A stretch of DNA of 64,000 nt from a bacterium (GTDB taxonomy: Bacteria; Sysuimicrobiota; Sysuimicrobiia; Sysuimicrobiales; Segetimicrobiaceae). The notes beneath the pieces were generated by a model. It did not search any database and was not told the origin of the DNA. It saw only the letters and a list, made by a program, of their open reading frames with translations. Every line of letters begins with the position of its first letter. Within the stretch, counting starts at the first letter, position 1. The stretch covers positions 4,855 through 68,854 of the forward strand of contig DASYZR010000166.1 of NCBI GenBank assembly GCA_035945995.1. Reading direction: 5' to 3'. Made by a program: the position numbers and the translations under genes. Below, piece after piece: positions 8,681 to 17,285 of the stretch.

Positions 8681-9784
8681 TCATGAACGTCCGCGAGGCG
8701 CCGCAGACGCGCCGGCCACAAGCGGCTCCCCGATGACGCCCTCGATGGCCTCGAACGTCGCCGGCACCGGCTCGGGCCGGCGTTCCGTTCTGAGCACCGC
8801 TTCCGGATCTTTGAGCCCGTGTCCGGTCAGGATGCAGACAATGACGATGCCGTCCGGCACCCGGCCCTCGCGCGCGCGCCGAAGGACGCCGGCCACCGGC
8901 GCCGCCGACGCCGGCTCGACGAAGACGCCTTCCTCCTGTGCGAGCAGCGTCCGGGCGGCGAGAAGTTCCTCATCCGTGACGGCCTCGAAGGCGCCGCCCG
9001 ATTCCTTGACCGCGGCCACGGCGCCGTCCCACGAGGCCGGCCGGCCGATCCGGATCGCCGAGGCGACGGTCTCCGGACGATCGACGGGGCGGCCGTGGAC
9101 GAGCGGCGCCGCGCCGGCGGCCTGGAATCCCCACATCGCCGGCCGGGAGGCCACGATATCGCGGGCGCGGTACTGCACGAAACCCCGCCAGTACGCCGTG
9201 ATGTTGCCGGCGTTGCCGACCGGGATGGCCACGACGTCGGGTGCCTTGCCGAGCTCGTCGCAGATCTCGAATGCGCCGGTCTTCTGGCCTTCGATCCGGT
9301 AGGGATTGACCGAGTTGACCAACGTCAGCCGGAGCCGGGGCGCCCCCTCGCGGACGAGGCGCAGGGCCTCGTCGAACGAGCCCTCGATCGACACGATGCG
9401 GGCGCCGTGCGCCAGGGCCTGCACGATCTTGCCGAGGGCGATGCCGCCGGCCGGCACGACGACGAAGCACTGGATGCCCGCGCGCGAGGCGTAGGCCGCG
9501 GCCGACGCCGACGTGTTGCCGGTGCTCGCGCAGATGACGCCCCGGCTGCCCTCCTCGACGGCCTTGGTGATCGCGAGCGTCATCCCGCGGTCCTTGAAGG
9601 ACCCGGTCGGATTGACGCCTTCGTTCTTGAGATAGATCGTGGTGCCCGGCACGCGGCGCTCGAGCCGCTCGGCGTGCAGCAGCGGGGTATCGCCTTCCCG
9701 CAGCGTCACGACCGGGGTCCCGTCCGCGACCGGCAGGAACCGGCGGTACTCCTCGATGACCCCGCGCCAGACCGTCCGGCTCAC
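8681..9784 (-). CDS. thrC: threonine synthase
   Basis: PLP-dependent fold with the SFKDRG lysine motif. 367 aa. Confidence 0.9.
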   Translation of the reverse strand: MSRTVWRGVIEEYRRFLPVADGTPVVTLREGDTPLLHAERLERRVPGTTIYLKNEGVNPTGSFKDRGMTLAITKAVEEGSRGVICASTGNTSASAAAYASRAGIQCFVVVPAGGIALGKIVQALAHGARIVSIEGSFDEALRLVREGAPRLRLTLVNSVNPYRIEGQKTGAFEICDELGKAPDVVAIPVGNAGNITAYWRGFVQYRARDIVASRPAMWGFQAAGAAPLVHGRPVDRPETVASAIRIGRPASWDGAVAAVKESGGAFEAVTDEELLAARTLLAQEEGVFVEPASAAPVAGVLRRAREGRVPDGIVIVCILTGHGLKDPEAVLRTERRPEPVPATFEAIEGVIGEPLVAGASAAPRGRS

Positions 9785-9838
9785 GGCCCGCCCGGCGCGC
9801 CGGCCCGCCGCCCCCTCGCCTCCGCCCGGCCCGCGGCG

Positions 9839-11134
9839 CTACGCATCGTCGACCACGCGGATGACGTTCCGGACGGCGCTCACGACCTCGAGCGCTTCGA
9901 TGCGCCGCAGCACGCGCCGCATCTGGCCCTCCCGCGCCGTGTGGGTGATCATCACGATGTCGGCGCTCGTCCCGCGGCTCTTCTGCGAGATCGCCGAGAT
10001 GCTGACGCCTTCTTCGCCGAAGATCGTCGCGATGCGGGCGAACACGCCGGGGCGGTCCGTCACCTGCATCAGCAGGTAGAACGGCGTCTCCACGTCGTCC
10101 ATCGGCCGCAGCGGGCGCGGTTCGAGCGCCTCCCATCCGACGCGGCCGTGGCCTCCGGAGGCGTGATTGCGCGCCACGTCGACGAGATCCCCGACGACGG
10201 CGCTCGCCGTGGGATCGCCGCCCGCGCCGCGGCCGACGATCATCACTTCGCCGGCGGCGTCCCCGCGCACGAAGACGGCGTTCAGCTCGTTGCGCACGGC
10301 GGCGAGCGGATGCGCGCGGGGCAGGAACGCCGGGTGGACGTGCGCTTCCACGCGGCCCTCGTGCTCGCGCGCGATCGCCAGGAGCTTGAGCACGTAGCCG
10401 AGCTCGGCGGCGTACTGGATGTCCTGCGCCGTGACGCGCGCGATGCCCTCCCGGTACACGTCGTCGGCGTGGAGCGGCGTGTGGAACGCGATCATCGCCA
10501 GAATGGCCAGTTTCGCCGCGGCGTCGTGGCCCTCGACGTCGTCGGTCGGATCGGTCTCGGCGAAGCCCCGGCGCTGCGCGTCCTCGAGCGCCCCGCCGAA
10601 CTCCGAGCCCCCTTCGGCCATCCGCGTCAGGATGTAGTTCGTGGTGCCGTTGAGGATGCCGGTCACTTCCTGGATGCGGTTGGCGGCGAGCGACTCCTTG
10701 AGCATCTGGACCACCGGCACGCCGGCGCCCACGCTCGCTTCGAGCCGCAGATCGACGCCCGCCCGGGCGGCCGCGGCGAAGAGCTCCGGGCCGTGCCGCG
10801 CAATCAGCTGCTTGTTGGCCGTGACCACGTGCTTGCCGTGCTCGATCGCGTCGAGGAGCAGGGTGCGCGCCGGCTCGAGCCCGCCGATGACCTCGACGAC
10901 GACGTCGATCGCCGGATCGGCGACGACCGCCGGCCCGTCGTCCGTGAGGACCCCGGGATCGAAGACGAAGCCCCGGGGCCGGTCGGGGCGCGCCACCGCG
11001 ACGCGCGCGAGCCGCAGCGTCGCCCCGGTCCGGCGCCTGATCTCCGCGCCGTTCGTGCGGAGCAGCCGGACGACCGCGCCGCCCACGGTTCCGCAGCCGA
11101 GCAGGCCGACGGCGACCCCCTCCGGGCGGGTCAC
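9839..11134 (-). CDS. hom: homoserine dehydrogenase
   Basis: C-terminal 431 aa of ORF 9839..11983: VGLLGCGTVGG Rossmann motif, catalytic domain and C-terminal ACT domain. GTG start overlaps the dapA-like stop as GTGA. Confidence 0.85.
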   Translation of the reverse strand: MTRPEGVAVGLLGCGTVGGAVVRLLRTNGAEIRRRTGATLRLARVAVARPDRPRGFVFDPGVLTDDGPAVVADPAIDVVVEVIGGLEPARTLLLDAIEHGKHVVTANKQLIARHGPELFAAAARAGVDLRLEASVGAGVPVVQMLKESLAANRIQEVTGILNGTTNYILTRMAEGGSEFGGALEDAQRRGFAETDPTDDVEGHDAAAKLAILAMIAFHTPLHADDVYREGIARVTAQDIQYAAELGYVLKLLAIAREHEGRVEAHVHPAFLPRAHPLAAVRNELNAVFVRGDAAGEVMIVGRGAGGDPTASAVVGDLVDVARNHASGGHGRVGWEALEPRPLRPMDDVETPFYLLMQVTDRPGVFARIATIFGEEGVSISAISQKSRGTSADIVMITHTAREGQMRRVLRRIEALEVVSAVRNVIRVVDDA

Positions 11135-12324
11135 GGCGCGGCGCCCCCCGTCTGCGCGGGGCCTCGAGGCCGGGCGGCGCCCACGCCCAGCGTCCACAGC
11201 CCGCGCCGGAGCGACCGCCGCTCGTCCTCGGTCAGCGGCAACGCCGGCGGGCGGGTCGTCGCGTGGCGGATCAGCCCGGCGATGACCATCGCTTCCTTCA
11301 CGACCACGAAGGCCGGCGCGTCCACGGCAAAGAGCTGCGGGATCGCGGCGAGCGCCCGCGCGCGCTCGGCGGCGTCGCCGAGGCGCCCGTCCCCGACGCC
11401 GCGGTAGATTTCGACCAGCGGATCGGGCGCGAAGTTGGCCGTGCCCGGCACCGCGCCGTCCCCGCCCAGCAGCAGGGTGTTGAGCAGATGGTAGTCCATG
11501 CCGCACAGCACGACGAAGTCGGGCCGCGCCGGCCGCACCGCGGCGATGATCTCCTGGATGTGGGCGATGCTGTCGATCGTGTCTTTGATCCCGGCGATGT
11601 TGGCGTGGTCCTGGGCCAATTTCAAAACCACCCGCGCGGGGATGCTGCGGCCGGTGAGCGCCGGGAAGTTGTAAATGTACACTGGGAGGCGCGTCCCCAC
11701 GGCCAGGAGCCGGAAGTGCTCGTGGATCGACCGGTCCGAGGCAATCCAGTAATACGGCAGGACGCAGGCGGCGCCGGCCGCCCCGATCTCCTCCGCGTGC
11801 TCGGCGTAGGCGACGGCTTCCTCGGTCCACGGACTCCCGCATCCCACGAGCACCGGGACGCGGCCGCGCGCGGTGCGCACGACGAGCTCGGCGAGCGCGC
11901 GCCGCTCCTCGCGCGACAGCGAGGTGAACTCTCCGGTCGTGCCGAGCGCCAGGAGCCCGTGCACGCCGTGCGCGATGAGCCACTCGACGTGCCGGACGTT
12001 GGCGTCCTCGTCGATCCGGCCCCGCTCGTCAAAGAGCGTGGGGATCGGGACGACGATCCCCGCGACGCCCTTCCCGGCGGCGCTACCCGGGTCGGCGGCC
12101 GGCCGCCGCTGGGCGGCAAGAAACTCGTGCACGAGCGCTTCGGCGTCGCCGGCCCGTTCGTCCGGGACGAGCAGGTCCCCCCAGACGCCGGTCGCCTTTT
12201 CCAGGACCTGCCCGTAGCCCGGCACCTGCCTGGAGCGGAGGACGACCGGAATGCCGGCCTGCTCCAATAGACCCTGGAGCATCAGCGCCTCGACCTCATC
12301 GCCGGCGGTATGGATGGCCTTCAT
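11131..12324 (-). CDS. DUF2007 domain fused to a 4-hydroxy-tetrahydrodipicolinate synthase family protein (DapA-like)
   Basis: N-terminal MKAIHTAGDEVEALMLQGLLEQAGIPVVLRS matches the DUF2007 signature. Followed in frame by DapA motifs (LALGTTGEF, GIKDT active-site Lys, VLPYYW). The ATG overlaps the rsmI stop as ATGA. Confidence 0.75.
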   Translation of the reverse strand: MKAIHTAGDEVEALMLQGLLEQAGIPVVLRSRQVPGYGQVLEKATGVWGDLLVPDERAGDAEALVHEFLAAQRRPAADPGSAAGKGVAGIVVPIPTLFDERGRIDEDANVRHVEWLIAHGVHGLLALGTTGEFTSLSREERRALAELVVRTARGRVPVLVGCGSPWTEEAVAYAEHAEEIGAAGAACVLPYYWIASDRSIHEHFRLLAVGTRLPVYIYNFPALTGRSIPARVVLKLAQDHANIAGIKDTIDSIAHIQEIIAAVRPARPDFVVLCGMDYHLLNTLLLGGDGAVPGTANFAPDPLVEIYRGVGDGRLGDAAERARALAAIPQLFAVDAPAFVVVKEAMVIAGLIRHATTRPPALPLTEDERRSLRRGLWTLGVGAARPRGPAQTGGAAP

Positions 12325-13202
12325 CGCTCCGCCTCCTGCCTGACCGTGAGCCACAGCCGGTACACTTCGTTGCGTCTGAGGCCCGTCGCTTCCACCGCGC
12401 GCCGCACCGACTCCTGGCCCGGGCGTCCTTCGGCGGCGGCCCGGCGCAGCACGGCGCGCGCCGTCTCGCGCGCGGCGTCCGCCGCGGCGTCGGCGTCCAC
12501 CCCAGTGGGACCCCGGTCCGGCGCTCCTTCGATGACGAGCGTGAATTCCCCACGCGGCGCGTGGGCGGAAAAGCGCCGGACGGCTTCGTCGAGCGTCGCC
12601 CGGTACACCTCTTCGTGCACCTTGGTCAACTCGCGCGCGACCGCGATCCGGCGGTCGCCGAACGCCTCCTTTAAGTCTTCGAGCGTCTCGCGCACCCGGT
12701 GGGGGGATTCGAACAGCACGAGGGTGTGGGGCAGGTCGCGGAGCGTCGCGAGCGCGCGACGGCGCGCCGCGCGGTCCGGCGGAAGAAATCCCACGAACGT
12801 GGCGGGCTGGGTCGCGAGTCCCGAGGCGACCAGCGCGGCGAGCGCGGCGCTGGGGCCGGGCACCGGCACCACCGGCACGCCGGCGTCCGCGGCGGCCCGC
12901 ACGAGCGTCGTCCCGGGATCGCTGAGCCCGGGCGTGCCGGCGTCGGAGACCACGGCGATCGAGTCTCCGTCCAGCAGACGCCGGACGAGCGCGGGGGTGC
13001 GCGCCCGCTCGTTGTGCTCGTGCAGGCTGACGAGACGGGCCGGAATGCGGTGATGCGCGAGCAACTTGCGCGTATGCCGGGTGTCCTCCGCGGCGATCAC
13101 CGCGGCATCACGGAGAACGCGAAGCGCACGAAGCGAGATGTCCTCGAGGTTGCCGATCGGGGTCGCGACGAGGTAAAGCGTCCCTGTCCGGCCTGGCGTC
13201 AC
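12321..13202 (-). CDS. rsmI: 16S rRNA (cytidine1402-2'-O)-methyltransferase
   Basis: TP-methylase fold with the LYLVATPIGNLEDIS N-terminus. 293 aa. Confidence 0.85.
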   Translation of the reverse strand: MTPGRTGTLYLVATPIGNLEDISLRALRVLRDAAVIAAEDTRHTRKLLAHHRIPARLVSLHEHNERARTPALVRRLLDGDSIAVVSDAGTPGLSDPGTTLVRAAADAGVPVVPVPGPSAALAALVASGLATQPATFVGFLPPDRAARRRALATLRDLPHTLVLFESPHRVRETLEDLKEAFGDRRIAVARELTKVHEEVYRATLDEAVRRFSAHAPRGEFTLVIEGAPDRGPTGVDADAAADAARETARAVLRRAAAEGRPGQESVRRAVEATGLRRNEVYRLWLTVRQEAER

Positions 13203-13214
13203 GCCCTCACTATA

Positions 13215-14207
13215 TCACGGCGTGGGTGCCGCCACGGCGAGGCCGCGGCGAAAGCCGTCCCGCCAGGTCGGGTAGAGGGGCCCAAAGCCGAGCACGCGCT
13301 TCGCCTTGGCATTCGACGAACCGCGCGCGCTCGTCATCATCACGAGCAGCGCGTCCCCGATGAGCCCGCGCGCGAGCCACGCCGGCACCCGGAACGGCGG
13401 CTTGGCACCGATCGCCCGCGCCAGCTCCGGCAGCCACGCCGATACCTCCGCCGGCTCGTCGTCGACAATGTTGTAGATCCCGGCCGGCCCTCCCTCCGCG
13501 GCGAGCCGTGCCGCGGCCGCCGCGTCGTCGATGTGCGTGAACGACCACACGCCGCGTCCGCCGCCGACGATCGGAAACTTGCGTTGACGCACCAAACGCA
13601 GGATGTCGCCCGCGTCCGCGCCGTTCCCGGCGCCGAGCGACGTGCCGGGACCGTAGAAGCTGCCGTAGCGCAGCACGATGCCCGTCATGTCCGGCGCGCC
13701 GGAGACCGCGGCCTCGAGGAGCCGGATGGCGTCGAGGGTCTGTCTCATCGCGGCCGGCGGAGCCGGATCGAGCGGGTCGTCTTCGGTCTTCACGCGGCCG
13801 CCCTCGCGGATGTTGGGCCAGCCCGTGTAACTCTGCGCGATGAACCTCGTCGCGCCGGCGGCGCGCGCCGCCGCGAGCAGATTCGCCGTGCCTTCGGTGC
13901 GCAGCAGGTTGGTGACGGCGAACTCCCGATCGAAGTTCCTGAGGCGGCGCACGCCGGCCAGCGCGGTGACCTGGTGGATGACGACGTCCGGGCGCGCGGA
14001 GACGACGGCGCGGACGACGGCGTCGCGGTCCAGCGCGTCGACGATGACGGCTTCGGCGCCCGCGGTCCGCAGGCCCTCCGCGCGGGCGGACGTACGCGTC
14101 GCCCCGACCACCTCGTGGCCGCCGGCCACGAGCAGCGGCACGAGCCGCCTGCCGACGGCCCCCGTGGCGCCCGCGAGAAAGATCTTCAGCGGACCATCAG
14201 TCCCCAT
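13215..14207 (-). CDS. NAD-dependent epimerase/dehydratase family protein (SDR)
   Basis: Rossmann motif KIFLAGATGAVG near the N-terminus. The ORF is listed to 14222; an internal ATG at 14207 gives an 11-nt overlap with the upstream CGNR gene stop. Confidence 0.75.
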   Translation of the reverse strand: MGTDGPLKIFLAGATGAVGRRLVPLLVAGGHEVVGATRTSARAEGLRTAGAEAVIVDALDRDAVVRAVVSARPDVVIHQVTALAGVRRLRNFDREFAVTNLLRTEGTANLLAAARAAGATRFIAQSYTGWPNIREGGRVKTEDDPLDPAPPAAMRQTLDAIRLLEAAVSGAPDMTGIVLRYGSFYGPGTSLGAGNGADAGDILRLVRQRKFPIVGGGRGVWSFTHIDDAAAAARLAAEGGPAGIYNIVDDEPAEVSAWLPELARAIGAKPPFRVPAWLARGLIGDALLVMMTSARGSSNAKAKRVLGFGPLYPTWRDGFRRGLAVAAPTP

Positions 14208-14838
14208 GTTTGTGCCGGGCATAGTAGCGGTGGGCCTTGGCCCGGTTGCCGCAGGTCTTCATGTCGCACCAACGCCGGCTGTGGTTGCGGCTCGTATCCA
14301 GGAACAGCCAGTCGCACGTGGGGCTCTCGCACTTGTGGATCCGCTCGCGCTCGTCGTCCGAGGTGAGCAGGTCCATCGCCGAGCGCAGCACGGGCCAGAG
14401 CATGCGGTCCATCGCCTCCGCACCGCCGGCCCAAACCCGCACGCACCCCTCCGCGGTCGCATCGAGCCGGACCTGGCCGAGCGCGCGGCTCAGCATGGCG
14501 TTGAGGATGTTCATGTCGCCGGGCCGCTGGGCCCGGCACTCGGCCGCGCCGCAGAAGATCCTGAACATCGCTTCGCGCAGCTGTACCGCGTCCGCGAGGA
14601 TCCTGCCGGCCTCGCCGGGGCGGCGCTTCGCGAGCTGACCCAGACGCTGCGCTTCGCGCTCGCCGAGCACGCCGGCCTGCCGGCCCCAGGCGACGAGATC
14701 GGCATACGTCGTGAGACGCTCCTTCGGCTCGGCCCGCGTCCCGCTCACCGTGTTCACGAAGTCGAGGCACAGCCGCCCGCCGGTGAACTCGAACGCATAC
14801 TCCGGCCCGGCCGGCGGGTCGGCCTCAGCACTTGCCAT
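14197..14838 (-). CDS. CGNR zinc-finger domain protein (putative stress/regulatory, ABATE + CGNR)
   Basis: C-terminal C-x-C ... CGNR motif (CESPTCDWLFLDTSRNHSRRWCDMKTCGNRAKAHRYY). 213-aa product starting MASAEADPP. Confidence 0.8.
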   Translation of the reverse strand: MASAEADPPAGPEYAFEFTGGRLCLDFVNTVSGTRAEPKERLTTYADLVAWGRQAGVLGEREAQRLGQLAKRRPGEAGRILADAVQLREAMFRIFCGAAECRAQRPGDMNILNAMLSRALGQVRLDATAEGCVRVWAGGAEAMDRMLWPVLRSAMDLLTSDDERERIHKCESPTCDWLFLDTSRNHSRRWCDMKTCGNRAKAHRYYARHKHGD

Positions 14839-14849
14839 ATAACCACCTA

Positions 14850-14935
14850 CTTGAAGTTGACAAGTTAGATCGCCTATGGTACAGTTCTGACTGTCAAAAA
14901 TATTATAGTAGGTTATACGGGCGGGCGCAAGCGCG
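14850..14935. promoter_or_regulatory. divergent sigma70-like promoter region between the CGNR gene and the CBS gene, with an ACAGT-N4-ACTGT inverted repeat
   Basis: Plus strand: TTGACA (about 14857-14862), a 17-nt spacer, then TACAGT. Minus strand: TTGCGC, 17 nt, then TATAAT (complement of about 14902-14907). Local GC is sharply lower and an inverted repeat overlaps the -10 element. Confidence 0.35.
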
Positions 14936-15081
14936 GGCTCGAGCGAGGCGGCGGGCGGCCAACCGATGGACCCGCCGACACGACGGTGCCTGGCCGGTTT
15001 GAGTGACAGGAGCGGATAGATGCGGCGCCCCGTTCCACCTACGATGGGAGCGTCGGAAACAGCCCGAAGGGAGGACGGAAG

Positions 15082-15480
15082 ATGATCGGAGTGCGCTCGT
15101 CTAGGCTTCGAAGTGCCGTTGTCTCGTCGCCGGTGATCACTCCCCGAACGACCGTGGCCACCGCGCTGCGGCTGCTGCGGGAACACGACGCCGCGGCGCT
15201 GCCGGTGTGCGACGGCGAGCGGTTCGTCGGCCTGGTGTCCGAGAAGGGGCTGCTGCGGCTCACGCCGTCGGACGTCACGACGCTCGACGTGTACGAGTTG
15301 CGCAACGTGCTCGACCGGCTGACCGTGTCGCGCGTCGTGGAGCCGGTCCCCTCGATTTCCGCGGACGCGTCCCTCGAGGACGCCGCGGTGCTGATGCGGA
15401 CCGGACGGCACGAGGCGCTCCCGGTGCTCGACGGCGGACGTCTGGTTGGATTGCTGCCCTGGACCGCGGTGCTCCCGTAG
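15082..15480 (+). CDS. CBS domain pair protein
   Basis: 132 aa with two CBS-like repeats (ALPVCDGERFVGLVSEKGLL ... ALPVLDGGRLVGLL). Confidence 0.75.
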   Translation: MIGVRSSRLRSAVVSSPVITPRTTVATALRLLREHDAAALPVCDGERFVGLVSEKGLLRLTPSDVTTLDVYELRNVLDRLTVSRVVEPVPSISADASLEDAAVLMRTGRHEALPVLDGGRLVGLLPWTAVLP

Positions 15481-15507
15481 GCCCGTCCGGCGCAGGAAAG
15501 GGGTCTC

Positions 15508-15762
15508 GTGATGTGGAGCGCAAGGATGTATGAATGGTTGGCGACGGAACGTCTCGCGTCATACCGCCGGGAAGCGGAGCGGGACCGCCGGGCAAGCTCC
15601 GCCGCGCGGCAGGACGTTCTTGCGCGGCGGGGTGGTGCGGAGCGGCCCGCCCACGCCGCGGCCGGGCGCCCGTCCTCCTGGGAGTGGGTACCGACCCGCC
15701 GGGTGCTGGCGGCGACATTCATCGGCCTCGCGGCGATCGGCGCCCTGCGCCGGCGGCGGTAG
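15508..15762 (+). CDS. hypothetical small protein with a C-terminal transmembrane helix
   Basis: 84-aa ORF with a charged helical N-terminus and a hydrophobic C-terminus (VLAATFIGLAAIGAL). No known domain. Confidence 0.35.
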   Translation: MMWSARMYEWLATERLASYRREAERDRRASSAARQDVLARRGGAERPAHAAAGRPSSWEWVPTRRVLAATFIGLAAIGALRRRR

Positions 15763-15787
15763 GCGGCGCCTCCCGGAGCCGCCTGAG

Positions 15788-16558
15788 GTGAAATTGACCC
15801 TGATCGGCGGACCGACCGTCCTGATCGAAGCGGGCGGATTCCGCCTGCTGACCGACCCGACCTTCGACGGTCCCGGCGAATATCGCCTGCCGCATACGAT
15901 GCTCGTCAAGACGTCGGGGCCGGCGCTCGATCCGCAGGCCCTCGGGCCCGTGGATGTGGTGCTGCTCAGTCACGACCAACACGCCGACAACCTCGACACG
16001 GCCGGGAGGGCCTGCCTGGGTACCGCCGGCCGCGTGCTGACGACGCAGGCCGGCGCGGCGCGCCTCGGTGGACGGGCGGAGGGCCTGGCGCCGTGGGACA
16101 CAACCGACGTTACGAAACCGGACGGGCGGGCGCTTCGGGTCACCGCCACCCCGGCGCGGCATGGCCCCGCAGGGATCGAGCCGCTGGCCGGCGACGTCAT
16201 CGGATTCGTCGTCACGGTCGGTGATCAGCGCGGGTCTGCGATCTACATCACCGGGGACACGGTCTGGTACGAGGGCGTGGCGGAGGTCTCCCGCCGGTAT
16301 CGCGTCGGTCTCGTGCTGGTGTTTGCCGGCGCCGCCCGCACGCGCGGGGCGTTTCATCTCACCATGGACGCCAACGACGTGATTGAAACCGCGTCCGCCT
16401 TTCCGGACGCACTCATCGTGCCGGTGCACTGCGACGGGTGGGCGCACTTCTCGGAGGGCTGCGGGGACGTGGTGCAGTCCTTCGCCGCGCTCGGGATCGG
16501 CGGCCGCCTGCAGCTGCTCCGGCCGGGCGTCGCCACGGCCATCACCGGGTCGTCGTGA
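15788..16558 (+). CDS. MBL-fold metallo-hydrolase
   Basis: GTG start (VKLTLIGGPTV...) with GGAG upstream. Shows the HxHxDH-like metallo-beta-lactamase signature (LLSHDQHADNLD). Confidence 0.75.
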   Translation: MKLTLIGGPTVLIEAGGFRLLTDPTFDGPGEYRLPHTMLVKTSGPALDPQALGPVDVVLLSHDQHADNLDTAGRACLGTAGRVLTTQAGAARLGGRAEGLAPWDTTDVTKPDGRALRVTATPARHGPAGIEPLAGDVIGFVVTVGDQRGSAIYITGDTVWYEGVAEVSRRYRVGLVLVFAGAARTRGAFHLTMDANDVIETASAFPDALIVPVHCDGWAHFSEGCGDVVQSFAALGIGGRLQLLRPGVATAITGSS

Positions 16559-17184
16559 GCGCGATGCGGATCGAGCATCTGGGGAAACGGCCGCACGTGG
16601 ATGAGAGCGCCTGGGTGGCCCCCAACGCCGTGCTGTCGGGTCCGGTGCAGGTGGGACCGCATGCGCGCGTCCTGTACGGCGCGGTGCTGACGGCCGAGGG
16701 CGGGGCGGCGCTCACGGTCGGCGCGGAGTGCGTCATCATGGAGCAGGCGGTGTTGCGCGCCGCCGGCCGGTTTCCGCTCCGGCTCGCAGAACGCGTTCTC
16801 GTGGGACCGCATGCCTACCTGGCGGGGTGTACCGTGGGGGCGCGCAGCTTCATCGCCACCGGCGCGATGATCTTCAACGGCGCCGTCCTGGGTGAAGCCT
16901 GCACCGTGGCGTTGGGCGGCAAAGTGCACGTCGACACCGAGCTGGCCGGCGGCACGCGGGTGCCCATGGGGCACATCGCCTTCGGGCGTCCCGGCCGGAT
17001 CTATCCACCCGGGCGGGCCCCGTCGGTCCACGACGAGCTCGGCCGCCTCGACTTCATGCGCTATGTCTTTGGCGTCGCCTCGGCGGGGAGGACGCGTGCG
17101 AGCGTCATGGACGACGTCATGCGCAAGTACGTCCGGGCCTTGGGCGCGCATCGAGCCGACAAGATCCTGCGTGGCAACCGCTGA
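16555..17184 (+). CDS. gamma-carbonic-anhydrase-like / hexapeptide-repeat (LbH) family protein
   Basis: Left-handed beta-helix repeats (VLSGPVQVGPHARVLYGAVL...). GTG start overlaps the MBL hydrolase stop as GTGA; an in-frame ATG at 16564 is an alternative start. Confidence 0.75.
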   Translation: MSAMRIEHLGKRPHVDESAWVAPNAVLSGPVQVGPHARVLYGAVLTAEGGAALTVGAECVIMEQAVLRAAGRFPLRLAERVLVGPHAYLAGCTVGARSFIATGAMIFNGAVLGEACTVALGGKVHVDTELAGGTRVPMGHIAFGRPGRIYPPGRAPSVHDELGRLDFMRYVFGVASAGRTRASVMDDVMRKYVRALGAHRADKILRGNR

Positions 17185-17285
17185 CTGCCGACGGCGCGTT
17201 CGAGTTCCCCCTTGCCGGTCCGGACGGCGAGCCGATTGACCTGTGGCGGACCTGCCTGTCGCACGGGCTCACCGAGCTGCCGCCG

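Noticed and set aside
8819-11407. 862-aa plus-strand ORF across thrC and hom
   Set aside because: Same low-complexity R/A/G/D/P composition. Antisense to two conserved enzymes.
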